A DNA stretch of 64,000 bases from positions 60,290-124,289 of IMG/VR virus record IMGVR_UViG_3300031578_000002, one strand, 5' to 3'. This DNA comes from a virus. Below, one piece after another: positions 33,722-44,088 of this stretch (positions within the stretch are counted from its first letter, which is position 1; every line of letters begins with the position of its first letter). A model generated the notes under the pieces. That model was not told where the DNA came from. It searched no databases and was given only the letters and a program-made list of their open reading frames with translations. The position numbers and the translations under genes are program-made.

Positions 33722-35890
33722 TTATTTATTATCCCGATATTTTTTCCATAATCCAAAGAATTCATCTTTTTGATCTTCAGGTAAGTTATCAAAATCTTTA
33801 TTTTTATATTCCTGATATTTTTTATAATCTTGAGAATTTTCAGTATTTGGCGTGTTATTGGTGTCGCCGCCAACGGCAGATGTTGCACCCGCAGCACCCA
33901 CAATTGTCTCATCCAAATCATTATTTTCATCATCCAAATCTTCTTTATCCCAATAATCTCTTTCATCCGCAGCATAATCAAATTCTTCTCCGACATTTTT
34001 CGGTTGATAACCTAATAATATGTCTTCTAAATTTTTATCGCTTTCAGCATCTTTTGCAGCTTCTTCCTGTGCCGAGTCTTCCGGTGTATCCATAGCTGTA
34101 TAATATTCGGGATTTTCAGATAAATGATCTAACACGATTTCTATTGCGATTAACGGGTCAGTAGTATGCTCTCTCTCAACATCTAATCCCATTATTATTT
34201 GTTTTGGGTCAAAATTTAGTGGGGATTTTCCATCACCCTTTCCACCATGAAGAATTTCACCTTGTTCTTCTTTATCTTGTGCTAATTGTTTAATATCATC
34301 AGGTTCTGGCTCTAATGACATACCAACTTCTTCCTCATTTAATTTTGATAGATCATATTGTAATTCAATATAGTCAAGTCTTGGGTTCCATGACATGATG
34401 TATCCATCCTTTTCATATACCTTATCTTCTCTACCATGACCTAAAGTATTAGTTCCGTCATGTTCACCGGGATAATGCCATTGTTTTAAATATTCCAATG
34501 CAGCATCCGGTCCTTCTCTATCTAATCGCTCAAGTGGTTCATATGCCTCATCACCCTGCAAAAAAACAACGTTCTCATATTTATCATGGTCAGTTGATTC
34601 ACCAACGCTAATTTTAGTTTTTTTTGTTCTATGTTTTTTTGGTTTTGGGTATTTACTTCCTGTCGAAAACTCCTTACCAATTTCCATTTCCTTTGGGTAA
34701 TCGGTTTCGTTCATCATCTCTAAATCTTTATGATAAAGATCAATTGCACGTATTTTAACTAATTCAATTAATTTATTTTTAGGTATTTGATATAAATTAA
34801 TTCCTAATTCATTCATTAGTTCTTTTTGTGCTTTTATTATTAATTCTTTTTTGAATTCTGGTGATATTGTATTATAATAATTTTTTACAGTGTCTTTAGC
34901 ATTTACCGTAGAAATATCATTTTCAAGAAATGGTTCCGCTATCGATGGATAAACCCTTTTTCTTCCCATTGCCATGTGATTACCACTATTATTTATTTCA
35001 GTTGGGCTAGTGTTAACACCATTTAATCTTTTTATTTCATTTGAAATCTCATTATGTGTTGGTGAATAATTCGGATTTCTACTTGTTTTATTTCTAGCAA
35101 CTAAGTTATCATATGCTTGGCTAACTTGAGCTTCTTCTTCAGGAGTTAAATCATCAACAGGCTCATCAATATCGTTGTTATTATCATCAGCGTCGAAATC
35201 GATCTTTTCACCAGTATAATCGTGAGGTAAACTTAAAAAATCATCTTCTTCGGCATCGTCATCAATTTCTTCACTAACAAATTTATTTAATTCAGGTGAA
35301 CTTACTCTAAGCTTAGAATTTGTTGGCTTTTCATCTGCATATGCCTTATTTGTTTGCATATTTTCAGTACCTTTTCTATATGGTATTTTATCAATAAATT
35401 CAACAGCTTTTGCATATTTTTCATCAAGTTCACTACTGTTTTGATCAATATCTGCATAATTACTGATTGCATCTATTATTTCATTACCATGTTTTTCATT
35501 GAACTCTTTAACACTATTACCATTTTCAGGTAAGTCCATTCCACGACTATTTGTTGAATTAGTGTACTTAAATCTAATTAAACTTGCACTATCTACTGAA
35601 AGTATTCCTTCTTGATCACCCTCAGTAACATTAATTCTGAATACAAAAGTAATTTGATTGTTATTATTATCAACACCACTTATTTCAACAAGTGTCTCAT
35701 CATTTTTTGTTTGAGTATTACTACGATCAATTTTAAATGTCCCGTTAACTAATTCACTGAATGAATTTTCAATAACATTTAATGGCGTTGGGTTGTTACC
35801 TAAAATATCTTCATTTAAATGCATTTTATTGACACCCTGAAACATTTCAAGAAATCTTTCTTTACTACCAACTGGATTATATATTTTCAT
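33722..35890 (-). CDS. Large acidic protein, probable internal head protein, with a DUF5661-like motif
   Basis: Very D/E rich; FDPKQIIMGLDVEREHT...IAIEIVLDHL.E.PEYY; N-terminal GSKER motif. Confidence 0.55.
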   Translation of the reverse strand: MKIYNPVGSKERFLEMFQGVNKMHLNEDILGNNPTPLNVIENSFSELVNGTFKIDRSNTQTKNDETLVEISGVDNNNNQITFVFRINVTEGDQEGILSVDSASLIRFKYTNSTNSRGMDLPENGNSVKEFNEKHGNEIIDAISNYADIDQNSSELDEKYAKAVEFIDKIPYRKGTENMQTNKAYADEKPTNSKLRVSSPELNKFVSEEIDDDAEEDDFLSLPHDYTGEKIDFDADDNNNDIDEPVDDLTPEEEAQVSQAYDNLVARNKTSRNPNYSPTHNEISNEIKRLNGVNTSPTEINNSGNHMAMGRKRVYPSIAEPFLENDISTVNAKDTVKNYYNTISPEFKKELIIKAQKELMNELGINLYQIPKNKLIELVKIRAIDLYHKDLEMMNETDYPKEMEIGKEFSTGSKYPKPKKHRTKKTKISVGESTDHDKYENVVFLQGDEAYEPLERLDREGPDAALEYLKQWHYPGEHDGTNTLGHGREDKVYEKDGYIMSWNPRLDYIELQYDLSKLNEEEVGMSLEPEPDDIKQLAQDKEEQGEILHGGKGDGKSPLNFDPKQIIMGLDVEREHTTDPLIAIEIVLDHLSENPEYYTAMDTPEDSAQEEAAKDAESDKNLEDILLGYQPKNVGEEFDYAADERDYWDKEDLDDENNDLDETIVGAAGATSAVGGDTNNTPNTENSQDYKKYQEYKNKDFDNLPEDQKDEFFGLWKKYRDNK

Positions 35891-35902
35891 TTTTTATAAG
35901 TT

Positions 35903-36376
35903 TTATTCGAATATTATTGGATACTTTTTGCCAAATTCTCTCATAACAACACCAGCAAACGCATTTGCCTCATTTTCAATATCAGTGCCATCATTACCTG
36001 AATTTTGAGTTATTTGTCCTTTTATTGATTGATCCGTATGTTTTAACTCATGTGCTAATGTTCTTAATGTATCAGCCAGATTTCTATTTTTATCAACAAC
36101 TTTAATTTTTTTTGCTGTGGGGGCATTTACACCAAACGATTTCATGTTTTTAGCTTCATTTTCACCATAAGAAATTGTAATTTCTGGCATATTTTTATTT
36201 AATTTAAGTTTGTTGTCAACAAATTTTATAAATAACTTAATTATTTTTATTCTTTCACTTCTAGGAATGATGTTTTCATTTAACATATGTTTAGTCTCAC
36301 TTAACACGATATTATTAACTTTTTGAGTCATCTCAAATAAACGTTCTTTTGATCCATATGAATGAAATACTTTCAT
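35903..36376 (-). CDS. HExxH metallopeptidase-like protein
   Basis: RTLAHELKHTDQ...ENEANAFAG; likely start MKVFHSYGSKER at 36376. Confidence 0.65.
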   Translation of the reverse strand: MKVFHSYGSKERLFEMTQKVNNIVLSETKHMLNENIIPRSERIKIIKLFIKFVDNKLKLNKNMPEITISYGENEAKNMKSFGVNAPTAKKIKVVDKNRNLADTLRTLAHELKHTDQSIKGQITQNSGNDGTDIENEANAFAGVVMREFGKKYPIIFE

Positions 36377-36380
36377 AATC

Positions 36381-37094
36381 TTAGCTAATATCATTAAAAC
36401 TGTCCTGAATATCTATTTTTGATTTTTGTGGCAGTTCATCAAAATCAGCAACAAATGTACCGTCAGGAAGTTTTTTTATTCCCTTTTCCATTTCTTGATT
36501 ACGTTTTTCATTAAACCAATTTCCCGACCAAAAATCGTTCAAATTAAAATAATATGGATATGAGACATTTGTTTTATTCATTAGTTTTTCAGTATCTGTT
36601 GGTTCACGAACTTCTTCTACATCAGTATTAAGTGTACTTATTTTATTATTTAAGCCCTGAACAACAGTATTTAAACTTTCCAATTGATCATGAATACTTT
36701 TCATTGCCTCAATATTGTGTTTAATAATTTCATTTTGAATGTCATTTACTTGATTTTCAGGTTCTTGCTGTATGGATGAAGAATCTGCATCAACAGACAT
36801 TTCGGGTGCAGGTGGAACTTGTGTACTATCTTGATCATCACCTTGATCAAATTCAGGTGTTGGTGTTTCAGCCGGAATTGGTATATCATTTGATGGCGCA
36901 GGTGGAACACTTCCCTCTGGTTTTGGTGCGTCTTCTTGTTCTCCAGCTTCATTTGTTAGCTTAGGGAACTCATCAAATTCTTCATTTGCACCCACTAATG
37001 GACGATATTTAGCAGTTTCATTGATTTTATAATCAACACGATATTTAATCTTTCGAATTTCTTCAGAGAGACTAATTAAATTTTCTTTCTTCAT
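36381..37094 (-). CDS. Hypothetical acidic/proline-rich coiled-coil protein (possible head core/scaffold)
   Basis: P/E/D-rich linker followed by a heptad coiled coil. Confidence 0.5.
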   Translation of the reverse strand: MKKENLISLSEEIRKIKYRVDYKINETAKYRPLVGANEEFDEFPKLTNEAGEQEDAPKPEGSVPPAPSNDIPIPAETPTPEFDQGDDQDSTQVPPAPEMSVDADSSSIQQEPENQVNDIQNEIIKHNIEAMKSIHDQLESLNTVVQGLNNKISTLNTDVEEVREPTDTEKLMNKTNVSYPYYFNLNDFWSGNWFNEKRNQEMEKGIKKLPDGTFVADFDELPQKSKIDIQDSFNDIS

Positions 37095-37106
37095 TAAATT
37101 AATATA

Positions 37107-37292
37107 TTAATATTGTTCTCTAAGTAACATGCGTCCTTGATTATCAATGAACTTACGATCTATTCTTTCGATAAGACCCTGACGATCATTAATAATAACT
37201 GTCTTAAAATTTTTATCTTTCAATTCATTATCTTCCTGAACTTCAGACTTGTTAATAAAATTATTAAGTACTTTTTCTATTTTATCTTCCAT
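37107..37292 (-). CDS. Small hypothetical protein
   Basis: 61-aa ORF with GTATTTAT at 37313-37320 upstream. Confidence 0.6.
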   Translation of the reverse strand: MEDKIEKVLNNFINKSEVQEDNELKDKNFKTVIINDRQGLIERIDRKFIDNQGRMLLREQY

Positions 37293-37339
37293 AGTAAATA
37301 TATTTATTAAATATAAATACTACGTTATCTTCATTTTGA

Positions 37340-37966
37340 CTAAATAGAAACCAGATATCTTTTAAGATTTGTGAAATTTGGAAAGAGTTTATAATAAGAT
37401 TGATAATAACTTCCATCAATATCAGAAATTAAGGTTTTGGTTCGTTCTGCAATCTTTATTATAATATCGTCAATATCAAATTGGAAATATTGAAATAATG
37501 TTAAGCTTATCCCCCATATTTTATTATCATTTGAAATATAAATCATTTCATTTTTGAAATTATATGTGGATTTAATTTCTTTGGGGATTATATCTAAAAG
37601 GTCTTGAATGTCTTTTATTTGAAAAAATACTGGGTCTAGATTTATATACGTATATTTTGGTGCAAAATAAAAATCAGGTACGTGATTTATAAAACTATCA
37701 ACACCTTTAATGTGTGAAGGCTTGCTTTCCTCAAAGCTACACTCCCAATATAACTCATTTGTTATTATCTTCTTTTTTAATATGTCAGCATTTTGTATTA
37801 TTAAATTATTTGGATTACATTTTTTCATAAACGACCATCCCACATATAATGTCGGTAATGTCTTATCTAAATTATCATATTCAATAGGTTCACAAATATA
37901 ATTAACATAGTCAACACCATTGTGATTAACAAGTTCCTTTTCATAGATAACATTTGCAATTTTCAT
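37340..37966 (-). CDS. Hypothetical protein
   Basis: 208-aa ORF at the end of the glycosylation operon; no motif recognised. Confidence 0.7.
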   Translation of the reverse strand: MKIANVIYEKELVNHNGVDYVNYICEPIEYDNLDKTLPTLYVGWSFMKKCNPNNLIIQNADILKKKIITNELYWECSFEESKPSHIKGVDSFINHVPDFYFAPKYTYINLDPVFFQIKDIQDLLDIIPKEIKSTYNFKNEMIYISNDNKIWGISLTLFQYFQFDIDDIIIKIAERTKTLISDIDGSYYQSYYKLFPNFTNLKRYLVSI

Positions 37967-37976
37967 AATTTATTTT

Positions 37977-38990
37977 TTATAAATCTTTTAATATTTCATA
38001 TATATACTCAGCAGAATGTCCATCACCAAAAGGACAATCATAATTAATTTGATAATTATTCAAATGATTATTAAATGCAATTCTTAAATCTTTTGGTTTT
38101 TCAATCATCCACGTACTTTGATATTGTGCTTCGGGCCTTTCAGTAATTTTTCGGCAAGTTAAACATATTTTATTAAAAAAACTACATTCTTCTTGTAAAC
38201 CTCCGCTATCAGTAATTACTAACTTAGTTTTAATTAATAATTTTAATAATTCATCATGTGACATTGGTTCAACGACATTGACATTTGTTAATACATGCCT
38301 ATGTTTCTGTACATTTGGATTTGGGTGTAAGGGAATGATGAATTCTAGTTCAGGATGCTCAATTGCTAAGTTATTTATTTCGATAAACCACTCATTTATC
38401 CAATGATGGTTTTCACGTCTATGTATTGTTACTAAAACTTTATTGGTGTATTCACATTCGTCCTTATACATTAATAAGTTATCTAAAACAGTATTACCAA
38501 CAACAAACTTATCACCTAAAATTCTCTCATTCTCAAGATTTTGCTGATTTAATAATGTTGGACATAAGTGAATGTCAGTTATTTGTGAAACTAATCGTCT
38601 ATTTTGCTCTTCAGGATAAGGATTAGCATTATCATATGTTCGTAGTCCAGCCTCTAAATGAATTACCTTAATTCCGTGATGAAATGCGGATAATGCAACT
38701 GCCAATACAGATGTTGTATCACCTTGGACTAATACGTGTGAGGGCTGTACATCATGAGTAAGAATCCAAGAAAATGTTTCAGTCATTGTTGATTTAATTA
38801 TATCATTTAATCTATTATTATTGGTGTTTGGAATTTTTAATTTAAAATCAACTTTCACTTCATTTAACAAATCCTGATGTTGCCCAGTAAATAATAATTT
38901 ATATTCAAAATTATTATTATTAAACACATTTATTAATGGTAATATTTTAATAAATTCCGGTCTAGTACCAAACGCTATAAGTAAATTCAT
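37977..38990 (-). CDS. wecB: UDP-N-acetylglucosamine 2-epimerase (non-hydrolysing)
   Basis: FGTRPEFIK, VQGDTTS, HLEAGLRT, PEEQNR, HRREN, TDSGGLQEE, PFGDGHSA. Confidence 0.95.
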   Translation of the reverse strand: MNLLIAFGTRPEFIKILPLINVFNNNNFEYKLLFTGQHQDLLNEVKVDFKLKIPNTNNNRLNDIIKSTMTETFSWILTHDVQPSHVLVQGDTTSVLAVALSAFHHGIKVIHLEAGLRTYDNANPYPEEQNRRLVSQITDIHLCPTLLNQQNLENERILGDKFVVGNTVLDNLLMYKDECEYTNKVLVTIHRRENHHWINEWFIEINNLAIEHPELEFIIPLHPNPNVQKHRHVLTNVNVVEPMSHDELLKLLIKTKLVITDSGGLQEECSFFNKICLTCRKITERPEAQYQSTWMIEKPKDLRIAFNNHLNNYQINYDCPFGDGHSAEYIYEILKDL

Positions 38991-39742
38991 ATTATCCTCA
39001 TTTTAAATTCATTTGGTGCTTTTATTGCTTTAAACCAATCGGATGGGACTATTGGGTGTAAATTAGTTGTATTTTCATTCCAATTTAACCATTTAGTTTT
39101 ATACCAATTTTCTTTATTGAATTGATGTGCATGTCCCCATGTATTAATTTTAGACCAACATTCTTCATCTGTTAAAACATATGATGCATGACCACATATT
39201 GATGTTAATTGTTTGATTTTTGTACCTGATGGTCGCCTACACCTAACAAATCTATTATTATAATTTAAATTAATGCAAACTTCAGGATATCCACAAACAA
39301 TATTGCCGTCAGTCTTAATAATAATGTGTTCAAAATCTTTCCAATATGTTACCCAAGGAGTCGTATAATATTCAAAATTAGGATTTAATTCAATATCATT
39401 AATTAATTTTTTTAATTCATTAATATTATAAAATTCATCAGCATCAATAATTAATAAATAGTCCATTCCATCACGCTTGGCTGCATCAAGACACGCATTT
39501 CTTTGGTCTTCATCTAATTTCCAATCGCCGATAATCAATTCAATTTTATTATAATACTGTGATTGTTTTAATATATCTGGATTTGATTTATTTTTAAATA
39601 AATCTCTTGCTTGTGGATTATACGACCAAGGATACTCACTCCATGCCACATATATCTTATCAACGAACGGAGCAATCATATCAATGTTTTTTAAAATCCA
39701 TCTATCCTGATTAAAAAATAATAAATGTGTAGCTATTTTCAT
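38987..39742 (-). CDS. GT-A fold glycosyltransferase (GT2-like)
   Basis: QRNACL...DYLLIIDADEFY (DxD motif). Confidence 0.8.
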   Translation of the reverse strand: MKIATHLLFFNQDRWILKNIDMIAPFVDKIYVAWSEYPWSYNPQARDLFKNKSNPDILKQSQYYNKIELIIGDWKLDEDQRNACLDAAKRDGMDYLLIIDADEFYNINELKKLINDIELNPNFEYYTTPWVTYWKDFEHIIIKTDGNIVCGYPEVCINLNYNNRFVRCRRPSGTKIKQLTSICGHASYVLTDEECWSKINTWGHAHQFNKENWYKTKWLNWNENTTNLHPIVPSDWFKAIKAPNEFKMRII

Positions 39743-40680
39743 GTTAAAAAAACTTGTTTAAATTTGTTCATTACATTTTCAGGACTATAATTACGGTATG
39801 AATTCCAATCCTTACTATTATCGGGTCTAAAATAATTTAATATTTCTAACAAATCATCTTTATTAAAATATGTTATTGCTTTATTCCCTAACATTTGAAG
39901 ATGCGCTGATTCTCGCTGAGTACCACCAAATGTAATAACCGGTTTATTTCTTATTGAAAACTCAGCAACAGATAAACCAAATGTCTCACCCACTGTTCTA
40001 GCATGCAGCATTGCATTACATGTATTAATAAATTTTGTTTTATATATTAAATCTTGACTTCCATCTAAATAAATTACCCTTGGAGAATCAACAAATTTAT
40101 TAGTGTACATAAAAAGAAAATAAATATCTTTTCGAGAAGTAACTATTTCTTTAACAGCATTCTGAGCAAATAATATGTCAAATGTTTCCGCACCACCATG
40201 CCGCCCAAATACCATAACATCTTTTGGTATGTTAAGCTCTGTTCTTAAGTCATCATCAATATCTGGTAAGTTGACCATGTGAGGCACAAATGGTTGATTA
40301 TATTTTCTTCCTAGCCATTCTGAAACATAAGCATATACATTACCATGTGGTTGATAATTCTGAAACACTACGTGGTTGACAGATTTTCTATTTTTTGAAA
40401 TAATACCATCATTCATTCCAGCCTTAATTGCATAAAACACATCTACCTTATTTTCATCAAGTATTCTTTCAACATCATTAAAGTCTTTATAAAAAAAAAC
40501 TGGAAATCTTTTTTTAAAATTTTCAATGGCTGATGGATGTGAGTAATTCCATATTTCAGGGTGTTTTGTAATAATAATACTTTCATTACCCAACAATCCC
40601 TCATTATACCTAGCATAATCATATAGTGCTACTTCTGTTCCTCTTAACGATAATTGATTACTATGAAATGCTATTTTCAT
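39739..40680 (-). CDS. GT-B fold glycosyltransferase (GT4-like)
   Basis: RGTEVALYDYA, FGRHGG, MLHARTVGETFGLSVAEF (E-x7-E), KPVIT. Confidence 0.82.
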   Translation of the reverse strand: MKIAFHSNQLSLRGTEVALYDYARYNEGLLGNESIIITKHPEIWNYSHPSAIENFKKRFPVFFYKDFNDVERILDENKVDVFYAIKAGMNDGIISKNRKSVNHVVFQNYQPHGNVYAYVSEWLGRKYNQPFVPHMVNLPDIDDDLRTELNIPKDVMVFGRHGGAETFDILFAQNAVKEIVTSRKDIYFLFMYTNKFVDSPRVIYLDGSQDLIYKTKFINTCNAMLHARTVGETFGLSVAEFSIRNKPVITFGGTQRESAHLQMLGNKAITYFNKDDLLEILNYFRPDNSKDWNSYRNYSPENVMNKFKQVFLT

Positions 40681-40704
40681 TTAAGTATTTTATTTGTCAT
40701 AATA

Positions 40705-41328
40705 TTACAATTGTTTTGCAATTGAGCAACCACAATTACTATTAGAATCTTTAAAAGATTGAAAATTATTAAATTTATTCTTCATCTCATCCCATGCAAG
40801 CCAAACGCCACAATCAGGATGTGTTCTCATGTAATAATCATGTGCCCAAATAAAATAATTATTTATTACATTATTTTTTAATATTAATTCTATTTCTTTT
40901 TTTACATGTTCACGAGTATGATTGCCATCTTGAACATATAAATCAAAATCTAATGAAGATAATAGATAATGTAATGAATCATCAAGAACCCTTTCGAAAT
41001 TATTTGAATGTAATTTGTTATATTCTAATCTCTCAACTATATCAAGTAAAACTACTTCACCAAAACCATTTTTATCTATTGCCTGTAAAATATGGTTTGA
41101 GCTACGGCCTAAATAATTACCAATTTCTAAAATTCTCTTAGGTTTTATTATACGAATTAGAACATATATTGATTTACCTTCACTTTCCCAAACGCTTCCA
41201 CCGGGTTCTTCAGGATATCCCCCATATATTGCTTCATCATAATAATTCATAAACGTTTCTAAATCAACACCAGTTAATTTATTAAAACCATCGTAATACG
41301 ATTTTTGAAAGTCATCTCTTTTGTTCAT
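40705..41328 (-). CDS. Class I SAM-dependent methyltransferase (Methyltransf_24-like)
   Basis: KPKRILEIGNYLGRSS, YVQDGNHT, WAHDY; likely start MNKRDDF at 41328. Confidence 0.8.
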   Translation of the reverse strand: MNKRDDFQKSYYDGFNKLTGVDLETFMNYYDEAIYGGYPEEPGGSVWESEGKSIYVLIRIIKPKRILEIGNYLGRSSNHILQAIDKNGFGEVVLLDIVERLEYNKLHSNNFERVLDDSLHYLLSSLDFDLYVQDGNHTREHVKKEIELILKNNVINNYFIWAHDYYMRTHPDCGVWLAWDEMKNKFNNFQSFKDSNSNCGCSIAKQL

Positions 41329-41341
41329 ATATTTAAAAAAT

Positions 41342-41989
41342 TTAATCACTCCAACCTCTAATACCAGCATTTTTATGTAAAAACCCTAGATTTTCGGCAA
41401 GTATTTTATTATAGTTATTATTCGAATGTTCATAGATAATTTGTTTTATTTTAACATCATATTTATTTATTGTGTTATATAACCAAACTTCTGGTGATGG
41501 GGAGAATCTCATATCAACAGGTAATTCATTTTCGTTTGAAAATGTTCTTTGTGCTTCAAATAATTTCTTAGCAGCTATTTTGTTTATATAAAAACTTTCC
41601 ATCATGTAATAATTTTTACCGTAACAATGTGGTTGCCTACAAATAACATCAACATCATTATTAACTATTTGTTGAATATTATTTTTAACAACATCAATAT
41701 ATTTGGGGTTTATTTTAACGTCATCGTGAGAAAATATAACCACATTACTATCATCATTTAACGTTTCTTTTATAGATGTAATACATCCATTAACACATCC
41801 TACTTTATGCCCATTACCAACATATCTGATAAATTTTATTTTTAAATCATTAAAATAATTTAAATTAAATTTATCGTCATTATATGCTACAAATATATTA
41901 CTATCAGGAAAATAATTTAATTCACTTTCAATTGTTTCCCTTAATGTTATATGTCTATTCTGGACGTTATGTGCAAAAGATATCTTCAT
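41342..41989 (-). CDS. Putative GT-A glycosyltransferase
   Basis: GHKVGCVNG...VIFSHDDV pattern; lies within the sugar-modification cluster. Confidence 0.5.
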   Translation of the reverse strand: MKISFAHNVQNRHITLRETIESELNYFPDSNIFVAYNDDKFNLNYFNDLKIKFIRYVGNGHKVGCVNGCITSIKETLNDDSNVVIFSHDDVKINPKYIDVVKNNIQQIVNNDVDVICRQPHCYGKNYYMMESFYINKIAAKKLFEAQRTFSNENELPVDMRFSPSPEVWLYNTINKYDVKIKQIIYEHSNNNYNKILAENLGFLHKNAGIRGWSD

Positions 41990-42630
41990 TATTTAATTTT
42001 ATATATTTTATAATTTCCACCTAAATTCCATTGATTTAGACTTCCAGTATTTGATTCATACATTAATTCTACTTCGGGAAATAACATTTGAAATCTTTCA
42101 ACAAAATCATAATGATTATAATCATCAATGACAACATATGAACCAGAAACTAATCTATTCTTACCATGTAAAAACGCAATGCTTCTACCATTACCATGTG
42201 GGCCATCAACAACCATTAAATTAATAACATCTGGTAATTGTTCATCTAAAATATCATAAAACGTATTTCTTTGTCTTGTATGAACAGCTGTTATTTTATT
42301 AAAAAACATACTGTTATTATATTTTTTATACTGAAATTGAATGTCAAAATCACTATCATTACATTCAACTAATTTAGTTATATTTAACTTTAAATTAGGA
42401 TGTTGTATTTTACAAGCATATTCTATATTATCATCAAATGAGGTTATATTTAAATTATGTCCATTAATAACTAAGTCAACGAAGAATTCGGTGGAGATAC
42501 CAGAACCAAATTCAACAACATTTATTGGATTAATTTTCATTGATTCTATAATAGTTTTAATATTACTAAAACATTCTTTTGACAAACCCCAACCATCATT
42601 TTTATACTTATCTAAATCTACCATATACAA
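41989..42630 (-). CDS. Class I SAM-dependent methyltransferase
   Basis: VVEFGSGIST, LMVVDGP, GSYVVIDDY. Confidence 0.8.
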   Translation of the reverse strand: MYMVDLDKYKNDGWGLSKECFSNIKTIIESMKINPINVVEFGSGISTEFFVDLVINGHNLNITSFDDNIEYACKIQHPNLKLNITKLVECNDSDFDIQFQYKKYNNSMFFNKITAVHTRQRNTFYDILDEQLPDVINLMVVDGPHGNGRSIAFLHGKNRLVSGSYVVIDDYNHYDFVERFQMLFPEVELMYESNTGSLNQWNLGGNYKIYKIK

Positions 42631-43343
42631 ATCTTATTTAATGTTGATGCACCTAATTGATATCCTCTTGTTATTTTTAATTGTAAAAATTGATCTAAAA
42701 TTGAGCCGATATCTATATATGTGTTATTTTTACTATAATTAAACCATAATTCATATGTTAATATATTAGATAAAGGACCCGCAGCAAATAAAAATAACTC
42801 ATTTTCGACCTTATTGTTATTTATATAATTTCCAATTTTACTAATTAAATAATAATCATCTTTCCATGCATCAGTACCAACATACCAAACACTTTTAGGT
42901 TTAAATGGTAAATCATTTAATTTTGAATTTTTATTAATTACTAAATTTATATAATGATTAGATAATTCTGGTATTAATTCATTAATTGTTCTTTTATAAT
43001 TAGCATTTACGAATATATTTGCCCACGTAAGGTGTTCTTCGTTTTGACCAGACTTATCTTTCATGTATTCATATTTTTCTTGTCCAACACAACAGGGACA
43101 AGCAACACCAATATAATAATTATTATCTTTACTTACATATGATGTAATTAATTTATTTCTAATATCAACGTATTGAGGCATATTTGAATCATATCTAAAT
43201 TCACCATTACCTTTACTGCGTATGTCAATTGATTTGCCCTCTAATATCATTAATTCGCCATCACCCCAACGAGAAAGAGAGAAATGCTCACCTAATTTAA
43301 TTTTATTTAGAAACATATCAAAATCACCACCAAATGTTTTCAT
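42618..43343 (-). CDS. GT-D fold / DUF1792-like glycosyltransferase
   Basis: FSLSRWGDGE, LFAAGPLSN, YIDIGSILD. Confidence 0.7.
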   Translation of the reverse strand: MKTFGGDFDMFLNKIKLGEHFSLSRWGDGELMILEGKSIDIRSKGNGEFRYDSNMPQYVDIRNKLITSYVSKDNNYYIGVACPCCVGQEKYEYMKDKSGQNEEHLTWANIFVNANYKRTINELIPELSNHYINLVINKNSKLNDLPFKPKSVWYVGTDAWKDDYYLISKIGNYINNNKVENELFLFAAGPLSNILTYELWFNYSKNNTYIDIGSILDQFLQLKITRGYQLGASTLNKICIW

Positions 43344-43344
43344 A

Positions 43345-44088
43345 CTATTTAATATTGTTTACTGTCTTCCACCCATTATTAATACAATCAATACAAACCT
43401 TATTTCTAGTTTCAATGTGTGATCCTTTTAACCATGAAGCATTTTCATCACTACCAACCCTGATTCCAGTAGCATAATCTGAACTCCATGAATCTTTATT
43501 GTTTTCAGGGTGTGGTGGAACAAAAGTGTTAATATTTCCATATTTTTGGGCTAAATATGAAAACATAATATCTTCACCATTATCCCAAGTAACAGGTTTT
43601 TCATACCAAATATATTTTGACCATTCTTGTCTAAAAAACCATGCATGTCCAACTAAATCTACTCTAGCTGTGGTGCTTAAATGCTGACCATTCCAACCAA
43701 CCTTTTCAAACGGTGTATAACCCTTTCCTTTTAATAACACACCGCTACCGCCTAAAATACCATTGGTTTCAGGATTTTCAATTGTTTTGAGACAATTTTT
43801 AAACCAATCTTTATTCGGAATTGTATCATCATCAAATATTGCAATATATTTTGTTCTAAGTAGTAACGGAATTGTGAACCTTCCAAAAAATTTAGTATTC
43901 CAATTACATTCATATGTGTTAATTTTTTCATCCATAGGTAAAAATTGTTCAACATCACTTAAATTATACCAAATATGAATATTTTCGCTTAAAATACCTA
44001 CTGATTGATTTTTAATTGCCAAAATTTGTTGCTCAAGTATATGTGGTCTTTTATATACGTTTAAAATTACACTAATTTCATTGTTCAT
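43345..44088 (-). CDS. GT2-like glycosyltransferase
   Basis: ISVILNVYKRP, YIAIFDDDTIP, GEDIMFS; likely start MNNEIS at 44088. Confidence 0.82.
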   Translation of the reverse strand: MNNEISVILNVYKRPHILEQQILAIKNQSVGILSENIHIWYNLSDVEQFLPMDEKINTYECNWNTKFFGRFTIPLLLRTKYIAIFDDDTIPNKDWFKNCLKTIENPETNGILGGSGVLLKGKGYTPFEKVGWNGQHLSTTARVDLVGHAWFFRQEWSKYIWYEKPVTWDNGEDIMFSYLAQKYGNINTFVPPHPENNKDSWSSDYATGIRVGSDENASWLKGSHIETRNKVCIDCINNGWKTVNNIK

